The notes under the pieces: generated by a model
What the model saw: only the letters and a program-made list of their open reading frames with translations
The model's database searches: none
What the model was told of the DNA's origin: nothing
Shown: positions 1 through 9,598 of the stretch, one piece after another
How the letters are laid out: every line of letters begins with the position of its first letter
Numbering within the stretch: the first letter of the stretch is position 1
Made by a program: the position numbers and the translations under genes
Origin: a virus
Lineage: Duplodnaviria; Caudoviricetes
DNA length: 32,804 bases
IMG/VR virus record: IMGVR_UViG_3300023092_000150
Coordinates: 1-32,804 of that record
Direction: 5' to 3' (one strand)

Positions 1-1149
1 ATGAAAAGACTAACTATACTATGCGTACTAATTTCAGCAGTATCTTTTGCGCAAAAAATAAAAACGGGAGCAGAAAATTATACCGCTTATCTGCCTTTAT
101 TAAAAGGAAAAACAATTGGTGTTGTCACCAATCAAACAGGTATTATCGATTCGAAAACTCATTTGGTTGATTTTCTGGTTCAGAAAAACATCAAAATCAA
201 AACAATTTTTGCGCCTGAACATGGTTTTCGTGGTACAGCCGACGCTGGCGAACACGTATCTGATGAAATCGATTCGAAAACGGGTTTGTCTATAACTTCC
301 CTTTACGGTAAAAGCAATAAACCAACTCCAGAGCAACTGAAAGGAATTGATATCATGGTTTTTGATTTGCAGGATGTAGGAACGCGTTTGTATACCTACG
401 TTTCTACGATGCACAGAATTATGGAATCTTGTGCTGAAAATAATATTCCGCTAATTGTATTAGACCGACCAAATCCGAATATTGCGATTGTTGATGGTCC
501 GGTTTTGGATATTGCTTTTAAAAGCGGAATAGGAATGCATCCAACGCCTTTGCTTCACGGAATGACTTTGGGGGAAGAAGCCAAAATGATCAATGGTCAA
601 AAATGGCTGAAAGACGGCATTCAATGTAATTTGACCGTGATTCCGTGCTTGAATTATAACAGAAGCATGACGTATAGTTTGCCGGTTCGCCCTTCGCCAA
701 ATTTACCAAACGATCAGTCGATTAATTTATATGTGAGTTTGTGTCTTTTTGAAGGAACAAACGTAAGTATGGGACGCGGAACCGAAAAGCAATTCCAGAT
801 TTACGGTTCGCCTTATTTACCAAAAAGCGATTTTGCATTTACGCCAAAACCCAATTTTGGAGACAAAGATCCTTTGTACAATGGTGTAGAATGTAATGGA
901 GAGGATTTATCGGCAGTACCGAGAATTAATAAACTCGAAATTAAATGGCTGATCAAAGCCTATCAAACAACAACAGATAAATCGAAATTTTTCGATAAAA
1001 GAAAATTTTCTATTAGAGCAGGAAATGAAAAACTGCAACAGCAAATCGAAGCAGGAATTTCGGAACAGGAAATAAGAAACAGCTGGAAAGAAGGTTTGCA
1101 GGAATTTAAAAAAATGAGAAAGCAGTATTTGATTTATAGAGAGAAATAG
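1..1149 (+). CDS. Exo-beta-N-acetylmuramidase NamZ / DUF1343 (YbbC) family protein; host gene flanking the locus
   Basis: Signal peptide; family motifs TNQTG, FAPEHG, FDLQDVGTRxYTY, LDRPNP, PSPNLP, GRGT. Confidence 0.9.
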   Translation: MKRLTILCVLISAVSFAQKIKTGAENYTAYLPLLKGKTIGVVTNQTGIIDSKTHLVDFLVQKNIKIKTIFAPEHGFRGTADAGEHVSDEIDSKTGLSITSLYGKSNKPTPEQLKGIDIMVFDLQDVGTRLYTYVSTMHRIMESCAENNIPLIVLDRPNPNIAIVDGPVLDIAFKSGIGMHPTPLLHGMTLGEEAKMINGQKWLKDGIQCNLTVIPCLNYNRSMTYSLPVRPSPNLPNDQSINLYVSLCLFEGTNVSMGRGTEKQFQIYGSPYLPKSDFAFTPKPNFGDKDPLYNGVECNGEDLSAVPRINKLEIKWLIKAYQTTTDKSKFFDKRKFSIRAGNEKLQQQIEAGISEQEIRNSWKEGLQEFKKMRKQYLIYREK

Positions 1150-1170
1150 GGTTTAGAAAATTGTATTAAA

Positions 1171-1201
1171 AAAAGGGAATAGTATTGTACTATTCCCTTT
1201 T
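1171..1201. terminator. Bidirectional intrinsic terminator between convergent genes
   Basis: Perfect stem aaaagggaatagta-ttg-tactattcccttt(t) with A/T tracts on both sides. Confidence 0.8.
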
Positions 1202-1311
1202 GGGTTAGTATGTTGAAATCAAATGATTCAAATCTTCTATTGTTGTAGAGACAAATGCGGTTCTGTTTGTAGCTTTTTTGTGGATTCATAAAAACGAATG
1301 GGAGGTTTGTT

Positions 1312-1779
1312 CTATTTTTCCATATTATATTTTGGATCAATTGTAATGAGTAACTTTTTTAAAAGTTGTATTAATCGATTTCTTATAGACTTTAAAATCA
1401 ACGTCATTGCATCGAAATTTTCTACTTCTTTTTTTGTCTTTATGGCAATAATATTACTGATGATCGAAATACCATCGCTTACAATAAGTAAATCCATAAC
1501 TATCGTTACACACCAGTTAAAGTCATAATCAAGTCCCTTACTCATTAAGGCCAAAGCTGTTGGTATTACCAATACGGCTAACTTGGAAACAAATCCTACA
1601 GCTAGTTTTTTAAAACTAAATTTGTTATTTAAAACTATGGTTTTTATAATGCCCAGAAAAGTATCCATTACCATTAAATAAAATAGCACTTTTACAATTC
1701 CGGTATCTATTTCTAAATAAATAAAAATAGCATACAGCAATAGTTTTAATTCATTTAAATATTCTGAAAATTTATACAT
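1312..1779 (-). CDS. Phage holin family protein (holin_4-like)
   Basis: 155 aa, several hydrophobic segments, MDTFLG motif, SIISN motif, charged C-terminus; last gene of the tail region. Confidence 0.7.
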   Translation of the reverse strand: MYKFSEYLNELKLLLYAIFIYLEIDTGIVKVLFYLMVMDTFLGIIKTIVLNNKFSFKKLAVGFVSKLAVLVIPTALALMSKGLDYDFNWCVTIVMDLLIVSDGISIISNIIAIKTKKEVENFDAMTLILKSIRNRLIQLLKKLLITIDPKYNMEK

Positions 1780-1812
1780 GATCGGTTTTTTTATAGGTTT
1801 GAGGTTTTTATA

Positions 1813-1850
1813 AGTAATCTTTTGGGGGTTTTACGCCCCAAAAGATTACT
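1813..1850. other. Intergenic stem-loop between fibre and holin genes
   Basis: 15-bp perfect inverted repeat agtaatcttttgggg / ccccaaaagattact; no U-tract on the coding strand. Confidence 0.65.
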
Positions 1851-1868
1851 GGTAATTTCAAATTACTC

Positions 1869-3578
1869 TTATAGAGAACTTATTGTTACTGAAGCTTCCT
1901 TATAGGCAGATGCATTTCCGCTAGGATCTATTGCTCGAACTCTGTAAGTATATGTTCCATTCGATGAAACTTGTTCACTATAATATGTGTTAGGGTTTTT
2001 TTTCAAAACCGTAAAAAGAGAGCCAAAAGCACTACGCGAAAGTTCGTAATCTATTGGACTATCGTCGTCTTGTGATTGAGCCCATTCAAGTAGTATATAA
2101 CCTTGACCATTATGAACGCAATGAAAAAAAGAAGGTAATGTTGGTGGAGTCGAGTCTGCTGTAAGTGTTGCTGTAGTTACTGTAGCGGGCACAGATAAAT
2201 TTCCTGCAGCATCTTTTGCTCTGACCTGGAAGCTGTAGGGAGTATTGACAGATAGCCCCGTAACATTATAAGTCAGAACATCTTTTCCTAATTCGGCTAA
2301 AGGAGTATTACTATTGTCTTTATAAACCAGATAATTAGTAACACCAACATTATCCGTAGATACAGTCCAAGTTAAAGTTAAACTTTTAGTTCCAATCTTT
2401 GAAGTTTCTAAATTTGTTGGACTTGTTGGTGCGATTGTATCAGCATGTTCAATAGTATTTCCTGTATATTCTATGAAATGAACAACTCTATATGGTTGCA
2501 AGTTTTTATTAGTTCCAGATTCTCCTACAGTTGTTGTTTTTGAAATTAGACCCCATTTATATGATCCGTCTTCAAGAGCATTTATACCAGTATTAGGTTC
2601 GTCAAATCCATTGCAGTCATGGCTATGTTCTACAACAACAGCATCTTTACTCCCTCCAGAATTACCCACCTTATTTAGAATAGTATCTAAGAGATCTAAC
2701 CCAACAGGTACTCTTCCTCGCAATGGCACATATTCTTCCCAGCCTTCAGGAAATGGAGCTGGTTTCCCCCAAATAGCAATCATTCCTTTTGGTACTGCTG
2801 TTGCCGGTTGTTTTTCTAACTTAGTAATTCGGCTAAGTAATGAATTGAGGAGGTTATTGCTTTTAATGACTTGATTAACATTGTCTAACAATAACAAAGA
2901 ATTCTCAGAACTCTCAGAACTCTCAAAATCTTCAGGACTGGTATTTAGTTCAGAACCTTTGATTAGTAAATAATTTTTCTTAATATCAACAATATTGGCT
3001 TCGATTGTATTAATATTTCCTTCAACAACATCAATATTACTTTCTACTGCATTAATATTTCCTTCAATTGTAGTGATGTTTGATTTTATTGTAGCAATAT
3101 TTGCTTCAATTGTCTTAATAATTCCTTCAATTGTCTGAATATCTTTAATAACTATAAAAGCTGGATCTTTCAAATCATAATAATGTACAGCTAATGCATC
3201 AGTGATGGGAGGAGATACTGGATGATTTGTGTAATCTATCTCACTGATATACTGTGCTTCATAATCAAAATAAGCAGTTTGAGATTCTCCGTTTCCGTAT
3301 GTTAGATTTGTGCCTGTTCTGGTAGTTTTTAGGTAGCCAGTGTTATCCTCTTTTTTAATAGGATATAATATTCCTTCTATTTCTCCGTCCTGATGGATGA
3401 TCGCCCAACCGGTTGTTGTTTTTGTTGCATGAGCTATGATGTAGTTTTTGCCGGGCTCGATGCCTAAATGACTTTTTAAAGCTCCAAATAACTCATGTCT
3501 GTAAGCGGTTTGAAGTTTTTCCAGAGTTTCTTGTTCGAGAGGAAAACCTCCTGGATGAGTAAAATTTACTTGTTTCAT
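1869..3578 (-). CDS. Tail fibre protein with coiled coil, collar-like domain and two fibronectin type III domains
   Basis: Follows baseplate wedge genes; heptad repeats (IEANI/IEGNI); VPKGMIAIWG..P.GW..LRGRVPVG collar-like motif; FN3 signatures DTIAPTSPTNL..WTVSTDNVGV..Y.FQVRAKDAAGNLS and YTYRVRAIDPSGNAS. Confidence 0.8.
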   Translation of the reverse strand: MKQVNFTHPGGFPLEQETLEKLQTAYRHELFGALKSHLGIEPGKNYIIAHATKTTTGWAIIHQDGEIEGILYPIKKEDNTGYLKTTRTGTNLTYGNGESQTAYFDYEAQYISEIDYTNHPVSPPITDALAVHYYDLKDPAFIVIKDIQTIEGIIKTIEANIATIKSNITTIEGNINAVESNIDVVEGNINTIEANIVDIKKNYLLIKGSELNTSPEDFESSESSENSLLLLDNVNQVIKSNNLLNSLLSRITKLEKQPATAVPKGMIAIWGKPAPFPEGWEEYVPLRGRVPVGLDLLDTILNKVGNSGGSKDAVVVEHSHDCNGFDEPNTGINALEDGSYKWGLISKTTTVGESGTNKNLQPYRVVHFIEYTGNTIEHADTIAPTSPTNLETSKIGTKSLTLTWTVSTDNVGVTNYLVYKDNSNTPLAELGKDVLTYNVTGLSVNTPYSFQVRAKDAAGNLSVPATVTTATLTADSTPPTLPSFFHCVHNGQGYILLEWAQSQDDDSPIDYELSRSAFGSLFTVLKKNPNTYYSEQVSSNGTYTYRVRAIDPSGNASAYKEASVTISSL

Positions 3579-3658
3579 TTTGATGTATTTAAATGTCTGT
3601 TGTTTTTATTTTTTTTCTTGGGTTTAGAATAATCCTATTTTTTATTTCAGGTTTTATT

Positions 3659-4321
3659 TTAATCTTTTTCTGAATAAGAATAGGTTTCATAACTCTTTCC
3701 TGCGAGTTTATAAAAGTTAAGAAGATCGTTGTATTTCTTGTCTGTTACATTAATAGCTTCTGTGTTTGATACAGTTCCTTCTTTCTTTGGTTGACTAAGT
3801 ATTGTTCTATTTGTTAATAGATTTTCAGGGACAAATACTCTGAAATTGGCATAATTTATTTGGGTATAATCTGTACGATGGGCCAGGTAAACAGGTTTAT
3901 TGTTTTTATTTTTTTTATATTCCTCATGAGTATATACTTCTAATTGAGGAATCATCAAAGGCCCATCCACGATAGTGCCATCTGATAAAGTAATCTTTGG
4001 TTCGTAATACTCTTTGTGCAGATACACATATTGGATGGTAGGTTTAACCGATTCGTCTATATAAATTAATCCGTCTGATCGTTTTTGTCTTGTGCTTGCA
4101 TTGGGATTGTAATTTTTATCGGGATTAAAAGTTTCGTTCAATACTTTTTCCAGATAAATGACCTGACCTGTATGCTGCATTTTATAAAGAATCTCTTCGT
4201 AAATTGTATGAAGCGGAGTCAGTAAAACATCGAGCCAGTCAATATGAGTTTTTTTTCTAAGAATAGGAGGGACGAGCCATAACAATAGCTTTTCCCATTT
4301 TAAAACAGTGTATTTGTTCAT
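3659..4321 (-). CDS. Probable baseplate wedge subunit (gpI-like position)
   Basis: Lies between the baseplate J-like and fibre genes; LVPPILRK..WL..LL.PL and GQVIYLEKVLN motifs typical of Bacteroidota prophage baseplates. Confidence 0.6.
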   Translation of the reverse strand: MNKYTVLKWEKLLLWLVPPILRKKTHIDWLDVLLTPLHTIYEEILYKMQHTGQVIYLEKVLNETFNPDKNYNPNASTRQKRSDGLIYIDESVKPTIQYVYLHKEYYEPKITLSDGTIVDGPLMIPQLEVYTHEEYKKNKNNKPVYLAHRTDYTQINYANFRVFVPENLLTNRTILSQPKKEGTVSNTEAINVTDKKYNDLLNFYKLAGKSYETYSYSEKD

Positions 4322-4336
4322 TGTATCTATATTAGG

Positions 4337-5443
4337 CTATTGTTTATCTCTGTAAAATGTGTAAGGAATATAGTTTACCTCAAACTCAAGGGTATCCATA
4401 TCAAAATAACCGGCTTTTGGAATAAAATATTCGATGTTGGTTGCATCAGTAATTGTAGGATTCTGAGCATCATTTGGATTTTTTGCCACAGAAGTCTGAA
4501 CCTTGGTCAGAATTGGAATTTTAACTCCTTCTGCTTTTTGAATATCATCAACAAGATATGTTTTGACAAAAGCACCATTGAATTCAATGTTTTTCAAATG
4601 TTCCCTAACAGCATTTATTACTGGAAACTCTTCTTCGTCGACTATTAAGGAGCCATTTTTTTCATTTAAAGGATCTGTTAATAATGCCAATTCGTACTCT
4701 GCCAGTTTTATTTTTTCCTTGTCTAATAAAAGCCTATTTAAACTTTTTAGCTGATAGTATTCAATGTCCTTTGGGTCGATATAAATAGTCAAAGGATCGA
4801 TGTACACATTCAAATGCAATTTTAGAACATCACCCTGATCTGATGTGATAAATACATGATTTCCTGCGTCTTTTATTTTGGCAATATATTCCTTAAAAGC
4901 AAAGAGTTCATTAGGCACATCGATTCTCGAAATTTTATCACCTTTTACAGTAGCTACTTTTATAAAAACAACTCCAACTTTATTATGAAAATAGTCTGAG
5001 AATATTTCTTCCGGTTTTTTGTTGGGATCAAGCACTGTTTCTAAATCTATTTCGCTTACCGCACAATGTTTGATTATTTTAGCTTCTTCAATTTGTGTTT
5101 CTGAAAGTTTTGAGGTATCAAACTGATACGAACCTTCTTTCCAGATCAGCGACATTCGATTGCTTGAATCCGGATCTATCGACATTCCGTTGCTTGAATC
5201 CGTATCTATCGGCATTCCGTAATGAAAATTCAAAGCCTGTTCGCGATACCAGTTTAGTGTATGCGGCCTTGAAATCAGGGCATTTTTTTCGACTATTTTT
5301 TCGTGAATCCAAATCGCAGTAGCGACTATATTGATCCAAAGTTTCCAAATCGCAGCTTTTGATTCTGTTAAGCCGTTTAGAGAGGTTTGTTTCCCCTTTT
5401 CAATCAGAATTTCGTTCTGTATTTCAGCAATTGTACGTGCCAT
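4337..5443 (-). CDS. Baseplate J-like wedge protein
   Basis: MARTIAEIQ, SKAAIWKLW, PHTLNWY, IKDAG, IEFNG motifs of Bacteroidota baseplate-J-like proteins; synteny. Confidence 0.7.
   Translation of the reverse strand: MARTIAEIQNEILIEKGKQTSLNGLTESKAAIWKLWINIVATAIWIHEKIVEKNALISRPHTLNWYREQALNFHYGMPIDTDSSNGMSIDPDSSNRMSLIWKEGSYQFDTSKLSETQIEEAKIIKHCAVSEIDLETVLDPNKKPEEIFSDYFHNKVGVVFIKVATVKGDKISRIDVPNELFAFKEYIAKIKDAGNHVFITSDQGDVLKLHLNVYIDPLTIYIDPKDIEYYQLKSLNRLLLDKEKIKLAEYELALLTDPLNEKNGSLIVDEEEFPVINAVREHLKNIEFNGAFVKTYLVDDIQKAEGVKIPILTKVQTSVAKNPNDAQNPTITDATNIEYFIPKAGYFDMDTLEFEVNYIPYTFYRDKQ
5151..5220. repeat. 30-bp tandem repeat (2.3 copies) inside the baseplate J-like gene
   Basis: gacattcgattgcttgaatccggatctatc / gacattccgttgcttgaatccgtatctatc / ggcattccgt; encodes GMPIDTDSSN-GMSIDPDSSN-RMS. 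Confidence 0.9.
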
Positions 5444-5610
5444 ATTTTAAATTTTACTATAGATTAGCCTGTAAGACATGTATAAAATGCTTATAGATAA
5501 TTGTTTATGTTTTTTGTAAATACTACAGGAGCGTAGTTTTCTTTCTAAAGATTTCTAAAAAAAAACAGGTGTCAGTTATAACCCGTATTTTTGGTAATTG
5601 TAGCGAAATA

Positions 5611-5913
5611 CTAATAAATGATAAAATCATCTTCAATTATCATGTAATCAATTCCGGAAAAGTTATCCAGTAAATATTGTTCTTCGTCTGTAATCGCAGT
5701 TGCAGGTTTTAAATTTCGGGCATTGTAATATTCTACAATATCTTTTTTAAAGGCTTCGCGGCCAATTTTTAAATCTTCGTAAACAGAAATGTCATCTGTA
5801 AGGTCAAATTGATCATTGTCTTCTAAAATATCGAATACTTTTTCGATACTTCCGTATTCCTGTAAAGAGATGTCAAAAATGTTTTGGTTTTCTTGTGGTT
5901 TAATAGTTCCCAT
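5611..5913 (-). CDS. LysM-like / tail X-like baseplate protein (start refined to MGTIKP)
   Basis: QNIFDISLQEYGSIE..F.IL.DN motif; C-terminal GIDYMIIEDDFII; the refined start overlaps the end of the upstream gene. Confidence 0.6.
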   Translation of the reverse strand: MGTIKPQENQNIFDISLQEYGSIEKVFDILEDNDQFDLTDDISVYEDLKIGREAFKKDIVEYYNARNLKPATAITDEEQYLLDNFSGIDYMIIEDDFIIY

Positions 5914-6187
5914 CGATTTTAATGTTTTGTAAATCGTTGACATCTAATGTTTTTACATAAAAATTGTCATACGATAATTGTTTGTCTATTTCGTTTTCTA
6001 GTCTTAGCCTGGAAGTTGCATCCGGGCTGTTGATGTATTTTTTTATTCCTACTCCAAGAATAGGAAACTCTTTATAACTTCCTTTCTGGCTTAACAATAG
6101 ATGTTCTATGTTTTGCTGATCTGCCTCTTTTATGGCAAAATCTCCATTTGTAATTAACAAGTCTTCATCTATGATAAAATCTTTCAT
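5900..6187 (-). CDS. gp25/gpW-like baseplate (sheath initiator) protein
   Basis: 95 aa, GDF..QQNIEHLL..KGSYKEFP.LGVGI motif; synteny with LysM-like and J-like genes. Confidence 0.65.
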   Translation of the reverse strand: MKDFIIDEDLLITNGDFAIKEADQQNIEHLLLSQKGSYKEFPILGVGIKKYINSPDATSRLRLENEIDKQLSYDNFYVKTLDVNDLQNIKIDGNY

Positions 6188-6273
6188 ATGTCGTTATTAT
6201 TTATTGTTTATTAATTAAAATCTCTTTTGAATCTGCGCGCCATATCCAAAAGAAGATGTTTTATTTGATACTG

Positions 6274-6336
6274 TAAAAATAAGCTTTGCTTACGCCTTAA
6301 TCAAGATTTTAAAGCTTAGTAATCAGTAGTTTCAGT
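6274..6336 (-). promoter_or_regulatory. Promoter of the baseplate operon: -7-like element plus conserved upstream motif
   Basis: Minus strand TATTTTTA (6274-6281) and ACTGAAACTACTG (6324-6336), 42 bp apart. Confidence 0.7.
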
Positions 6337-6396
6337 AAGTTGTAAAAGTCATTTTTACAGTTTGTTTTTTGATGCTTTTTTGGTTGAAAAAGTATT

Positions 6397-6729
6397 TTAA
6401 AACGTAGGAATAATCAGGCTGGTAATAATTTGAATAATCATTTTTATAATATTATTTTTAATGGTATTCAGTTTTATTTTTGATATTCCAGCAGTTTGTA
6501 ATGCTTGTAGTACGGTTAAGTCTAACTGACTTTTTAAAAGCCATTCAAATTCTTCTTCGGTTAAGTCACCGGATGAATAAAGAAGAATCCAGCGTTCCAG
6601 TTTTTCTGTAGAAGTTTGAAAAAAAGCAGACAGGTCTTTTTCTAGCTGAGGTTTAATATCCTTATAACTATTTGCTATAATTGCTTTTAGTTCCTTTTTT
6701 AAGTTTTCTATCACTTTATCTTTGTCCAT
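6397..6729 (-). CDS. Hypothetical helical protein in the endolysin operon
   Basis: 110-aa ORF, 4 bp downstream of the lipoprotein gene, hydrophobic C-terminus. Confidence 0.7.
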   Translation of the reverse strand: MDKDKVIENLKKELKAIIANSYKDIKPQLEKDLSAFFQTSTEKLERWILLYSSGDLTEEEFEWLLKSQLDLTVLQALQTAGISKIKLNTIKNNIIKMIIQIITSLIIPTF

Positions 6730-6733
6730 AATT

Positions 6734-7204
6734 TTAGCTGTTAAGGTTTATTAAATCTAAAAGCTCATCCTTTGACTGTTGGTCTTTTTTAATTTCATAT
6801 TGTATAAGTAAATCAAAAGCTGATAGGATTTGTTTTTTTGATTCTTCTAAAAATGATTTTGAGACAACTCCTTTTGTTTCCCAATGTTTAAAGAAACCTG
6901 CTAAAAGATTTTTGTCTTTATCATTCAGCATCTTCAACATTTCAAAAGTGATTTCATTGTTTGGTTTGTTTTTTTCATATTCGACCAATTTTTCAACGTT
7001 TAGAAATAATTTTTCAATTTCTTTCTGGTTAGCAGAATAGGGAGTCGTGGCCTTGCTGATTAATTTATCAGCTTCTACTTTTAGCTCGATCGTTTTTTCG
7101 TATGAATATTGATCGAATAGAGCAGTTCTTGTAGAGTTGCAGGAAGAAAAAACAAAAGAGATTGCAATAAAAAATAGAAGGTGTTTTAGTTTTAAGTGTT
7201 TCAT
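6734..7204 (-). CDS. Lipoprotein of unknown function
   Basis: Basic N-terminus, hydrophobic stretch, lipobox FSSC; 4 bp downstream of the endolysin gene. Confidence 0.75.
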   Translation of the reverse strand: MKHLKLKHLLFFIAISFVFSSCNSTRTALFDQYSYEKTIELKVEADKLISKATTPYSANQKEIEKLFLNVEKLVEYEKNKPNNEITFEMLKMLNDKDKNLLAGFFKHWETKGVVSKSFLEESKKQILSAFDLLIQYEIKKDQQSKDELLDLINLNS

Positions 7205-7208
7205 CTGA

Positions 7209-7691
7209 TTATTTGTATAAGATTACATAGTTTTTTCTATCTCGTTTTAGTTTACTGAGTACTTTCCAGTCGCTGTATCCTTTTTTGTCAAAGTGCGGAA
7301 GATCTTTAAAAGTTTTCCAGTCTCCGCCCCAGTTCCAGTTGTGTTTCTTGAAAATTTCGACACATTCCTGCCAGTCCGAAATTTGATCACCATCCCAGTC
7401 TTTTGCGGTATCCCAGGAAGCTATTTTGCCATCTATAATCAGACAAATGTCTACCGCAAAACCATAATTGTGAATAGATTGTCCGCCTTTGGCATTCGTC
7501 ACTTTTTTTCCTGGTTTTGTTCTGCCAAAAGCATAAAGATCTTCTTGTTCCTGAAAAGTTCTGAGACTTTGCGTAATGCGAACTTTAGCCCGTCCGGTTA
7601 AGGCAAGATCGCATTCCTCGATGATTTTAGTAACTTCTTCCCTAACCGAAGGATGAAGCAAATCAATGTGTTTTTTTGTTGTTTGATCCAT
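7209..7691 (-). CDS. M15 family metallopeptidase (L-Ala-D-Glu peptidase type), probable endolysin
   Basis: RTFQEQ..LY..GRT, SIHNYGFAVD, WGGDW..FKDLPHF zinc-peptidase motifs; no signal peptide. Confidence 0.9.
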   Translation of the reverse strand: MDQTTKKHIDLLHPSVREEVTKIIEECDLALTGRAKVRITQSLRTFQEQEDLYAFGRTKPGKKVTNAKGGQSIHNYGFAVDICLIIDGKIASWDTAKDWDGDQISDWQECVEIFKKHNWNWGGDWKTFKDLPHFDKKGYSDWKVLSKLKRDRKNYVILYK

Positions 7692-7892
7692 ATTTGTATT
7701 TATTAAGATTTCAGGTTTAGAGAATAAAAAGCCTTTTTGATTGTTTGAAAGAAATCAGGTTTTTTTATTATTCGATAAGATTATTTGTGTTTTACGATTT
7801 ATTTACGGTTAAGAAAAAAGGGTAAATAAATCCTTAAAAACTTTTTTTTTTATGATCACATTTAAGAAGTGATATATGTTTTAAGAACACTG

Positions 7893-7955
7893 TAAAAATA
7901 CGCCGAAATAGCGTGTTTGAAAAATAATATGGAGCTGTAATTCAGTAGTCTCAGT
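7893..7955 (-). promoter_or_regulatory. Promoter of the endolysin operon with conserved upstream motif
   Basis: Minus strand TATTTTTA (7893-7900) and ACTGAGACTACTG (7943-7955), 42 bp apart. Confidence 0.7.
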
Positions 7956-8012
7956 AGAAGATATTTTACTTTTTGTAGCTTTGTTTTGTAGCTTGAAAAG
8001 AAGATAAATGAC

Positions 8013-8051
8013 AAAAAAAAACCGTTTTCCATAGTTGAAAAACGGGTTTTT
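8013..8051 (-). terminator. Intrinsic terminator ending the toxin/immunity cluster
   Basis: Imperfect stem ccgttttc..gaaaaacgg followed by a long T tract on the minus strand. Confidence 0.65.
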
Positions 8052-8077
8052 AATGAATTATGTCTTTGTAAAAGATT

Positions 8078-8536
8078 TTAATCAATACTTAAATACATAG
8101 GTTTGTTTTCGTCCAGGCATTCTTTTGCAATTAAATATATATCATTAAAAGCTACTAAGCGACCATCTGTTGGAGCTTGGTTCCTTGTATCAACTTTAAT
8201 TTCTTTATCGAAAACTATTATAGTATATCCATCTTTTGCAAGTTTTCGGGTAGATAATAAATGATTTATTTCACGTTCAAAGACTGTCTTTATCCCTGAA
8301 ATTTCTTCTATTGATAATTCAATATCTATTATTCCTTTTTTATTAGCTTTTTCTGGAACAACTTCTTTTAATAGATCTAAGACGATAGGATATTTTAAAT
8401 CTAAATTTTTATTACTTCCCCATTTTCTATTTTTAGATTCTAAATCAACAGGATAGAAATCTCTATTAGTTTTTTCTTTAATGGTTGAATTACTTATAAA
8501 TATCCAATCTCCGTTTTCGTATAAATGATTTCCCAT
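8078..8536 (-). CDS. Hypothetical protein, candidate orphan immunity protein
   Basis: 152-aa AT-rich ORF in a tight array downstream of the putative toxin; function inferred from context only. Confidence 0.55.
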   Translation of the reverse strand: MGNHLYENGDWIFISNSTIKEKTNRDFYPVDLESKNRKWGSNKNLDLKYPIVLDLLKEVVPEKANKKGIIDIELSIEEISGIKTVFEREINHLLSTRKLAKDGYTIIVFDKEIKVDTRNQAPTDGRLVAFNDIYLIAKECLDENKPMYLSID

Positions 8537-8553
8537 TTCTTATTCTTTTAAAA

Positions 8554-8862
8554 TTAATAAGAACCATCAACTTCTATGTATCCTGCTTTTTTCATTATAT
8601 AAAGTAATTCTAATGATTCTGCATCAAAATAGGCAAAACAAAACATTCCTTCAAATAATGAAATAATTTCACCATTTTTATCATATTCTATTTTGTCTTC
8701 AGTTTGAAAAGAGACTACGTAAACCTCTTTTGTTTTTCCGTCTCTTAGTTTTGTCAATTCTTTATCTCTACATCGTAAACCAATATCTTTATCATATGAA
8801 ATTATGTTTGTTTTTTCTATCCAACTTTTTAGATTTTCAACTACTTGTCCTTTTGTATTCAT
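8554..8862 (-). CDS. Hypothetical protein, candidate orphan immunity protein
   Basis: 102-aa ORF in the same array. Confidence 0.55.
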   Translation of the reverse strand: MNTKGQVVENLKSWIEKTNIISYDKDIGLRCRDKELTKLRDGKTKEVYVVSFQTEDKIEYDKNGEIISLFEGMFCFAYFDAESLELLYIMKKAGYIEVDGSY

Positions 8863-8883
8863 AAATAAAAAACTTTAAATGAA

Positions 8884-9498
8884 TTACCAAATCATAACAT
8901 ATAATATTACTTTCTCTTCATTGATATTTAATTTTATACTGTTTTTAGTAACTTCTAGTGAAGCAATAGGACTATCTTTTACTTCATAAAGTAGTACGCC
9001 ATCTTTTTCAGTTTTGGTATATTCTTTTCCTTCTAAAGCTTTATCGATGATATGAATTGGAACTTCTTTATTGAATTCTAAAAAAAGATTTTGCATATAA
9101 GATTCACCTCGCCAATATTTCTCGATAATTTCATCTTCTGTATATTCTTCGCTATGAAATTGAGAAATCATGCCAGTAACATCTTTTCTCAAGAAATTAT
9201 TAAAGATATATTTATTTTCACTTATACCTCTTCCCTTTTTATTGGTATGGGATAATAAATTTTGTTTTTCATAATCTAAAGAAATAGCAGAATCAAATAT
9301 ACTCCTAGGGTATTTATCTTTATAGATATAAATCATTAAAAAAATCAATTCTTCAAAAGAGCATACCTTAACATAATCTTCAAAATGTCTTTCATCCCAA
9401 TCAATTTTATTGTAGTATAAATTTCTTTTATTGAGATAATTTTCTTCTGTATGTTCTAGATTAAAATACAAGAAATTTATTTTTGATAAATTGTTCAT
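8884..9498 (-). CDS. Hypothetical protein, candidate orphan immunity protein
   Basis: 204-aa AT-rich, aromatic/acidic ORF in the same array. Confidence 0.55.
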   Translation of the reverse strand: MNNLSKINFLYFNLEHTEENYLNKRNLYYNKIDWDERHFEDYVKVCSFEELIFLMIYIYKDKYPRSIFDSAISLDYEKQNLLSHTNKKGRGISENKYIFNNFLRKDVTGMISQFHSEEYTEDEIIEKYWRGESYMQNLFLEFNKEVPIHIIDKALEGKEYTKTEKDGVLLYEVKDSPIASLEVTKNSIKLNINEEKVILYVMIW

Positions 9499-9598
9499 AT
9501 TTTTTTATTTGGTGAATTTATTAAATCCACATAGAGATTATAAATGTATCTTGTAATTACTTAGAATAGTTGAAATCCAAATTTTGTATTTAAAATTA

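Noticed and set aside
1850-1862. Seventh copy of the regulon motif (tggtaatttcaaa)
   Set aside because: Several mismatches and no -7-like box at the 42-43 bp spacing
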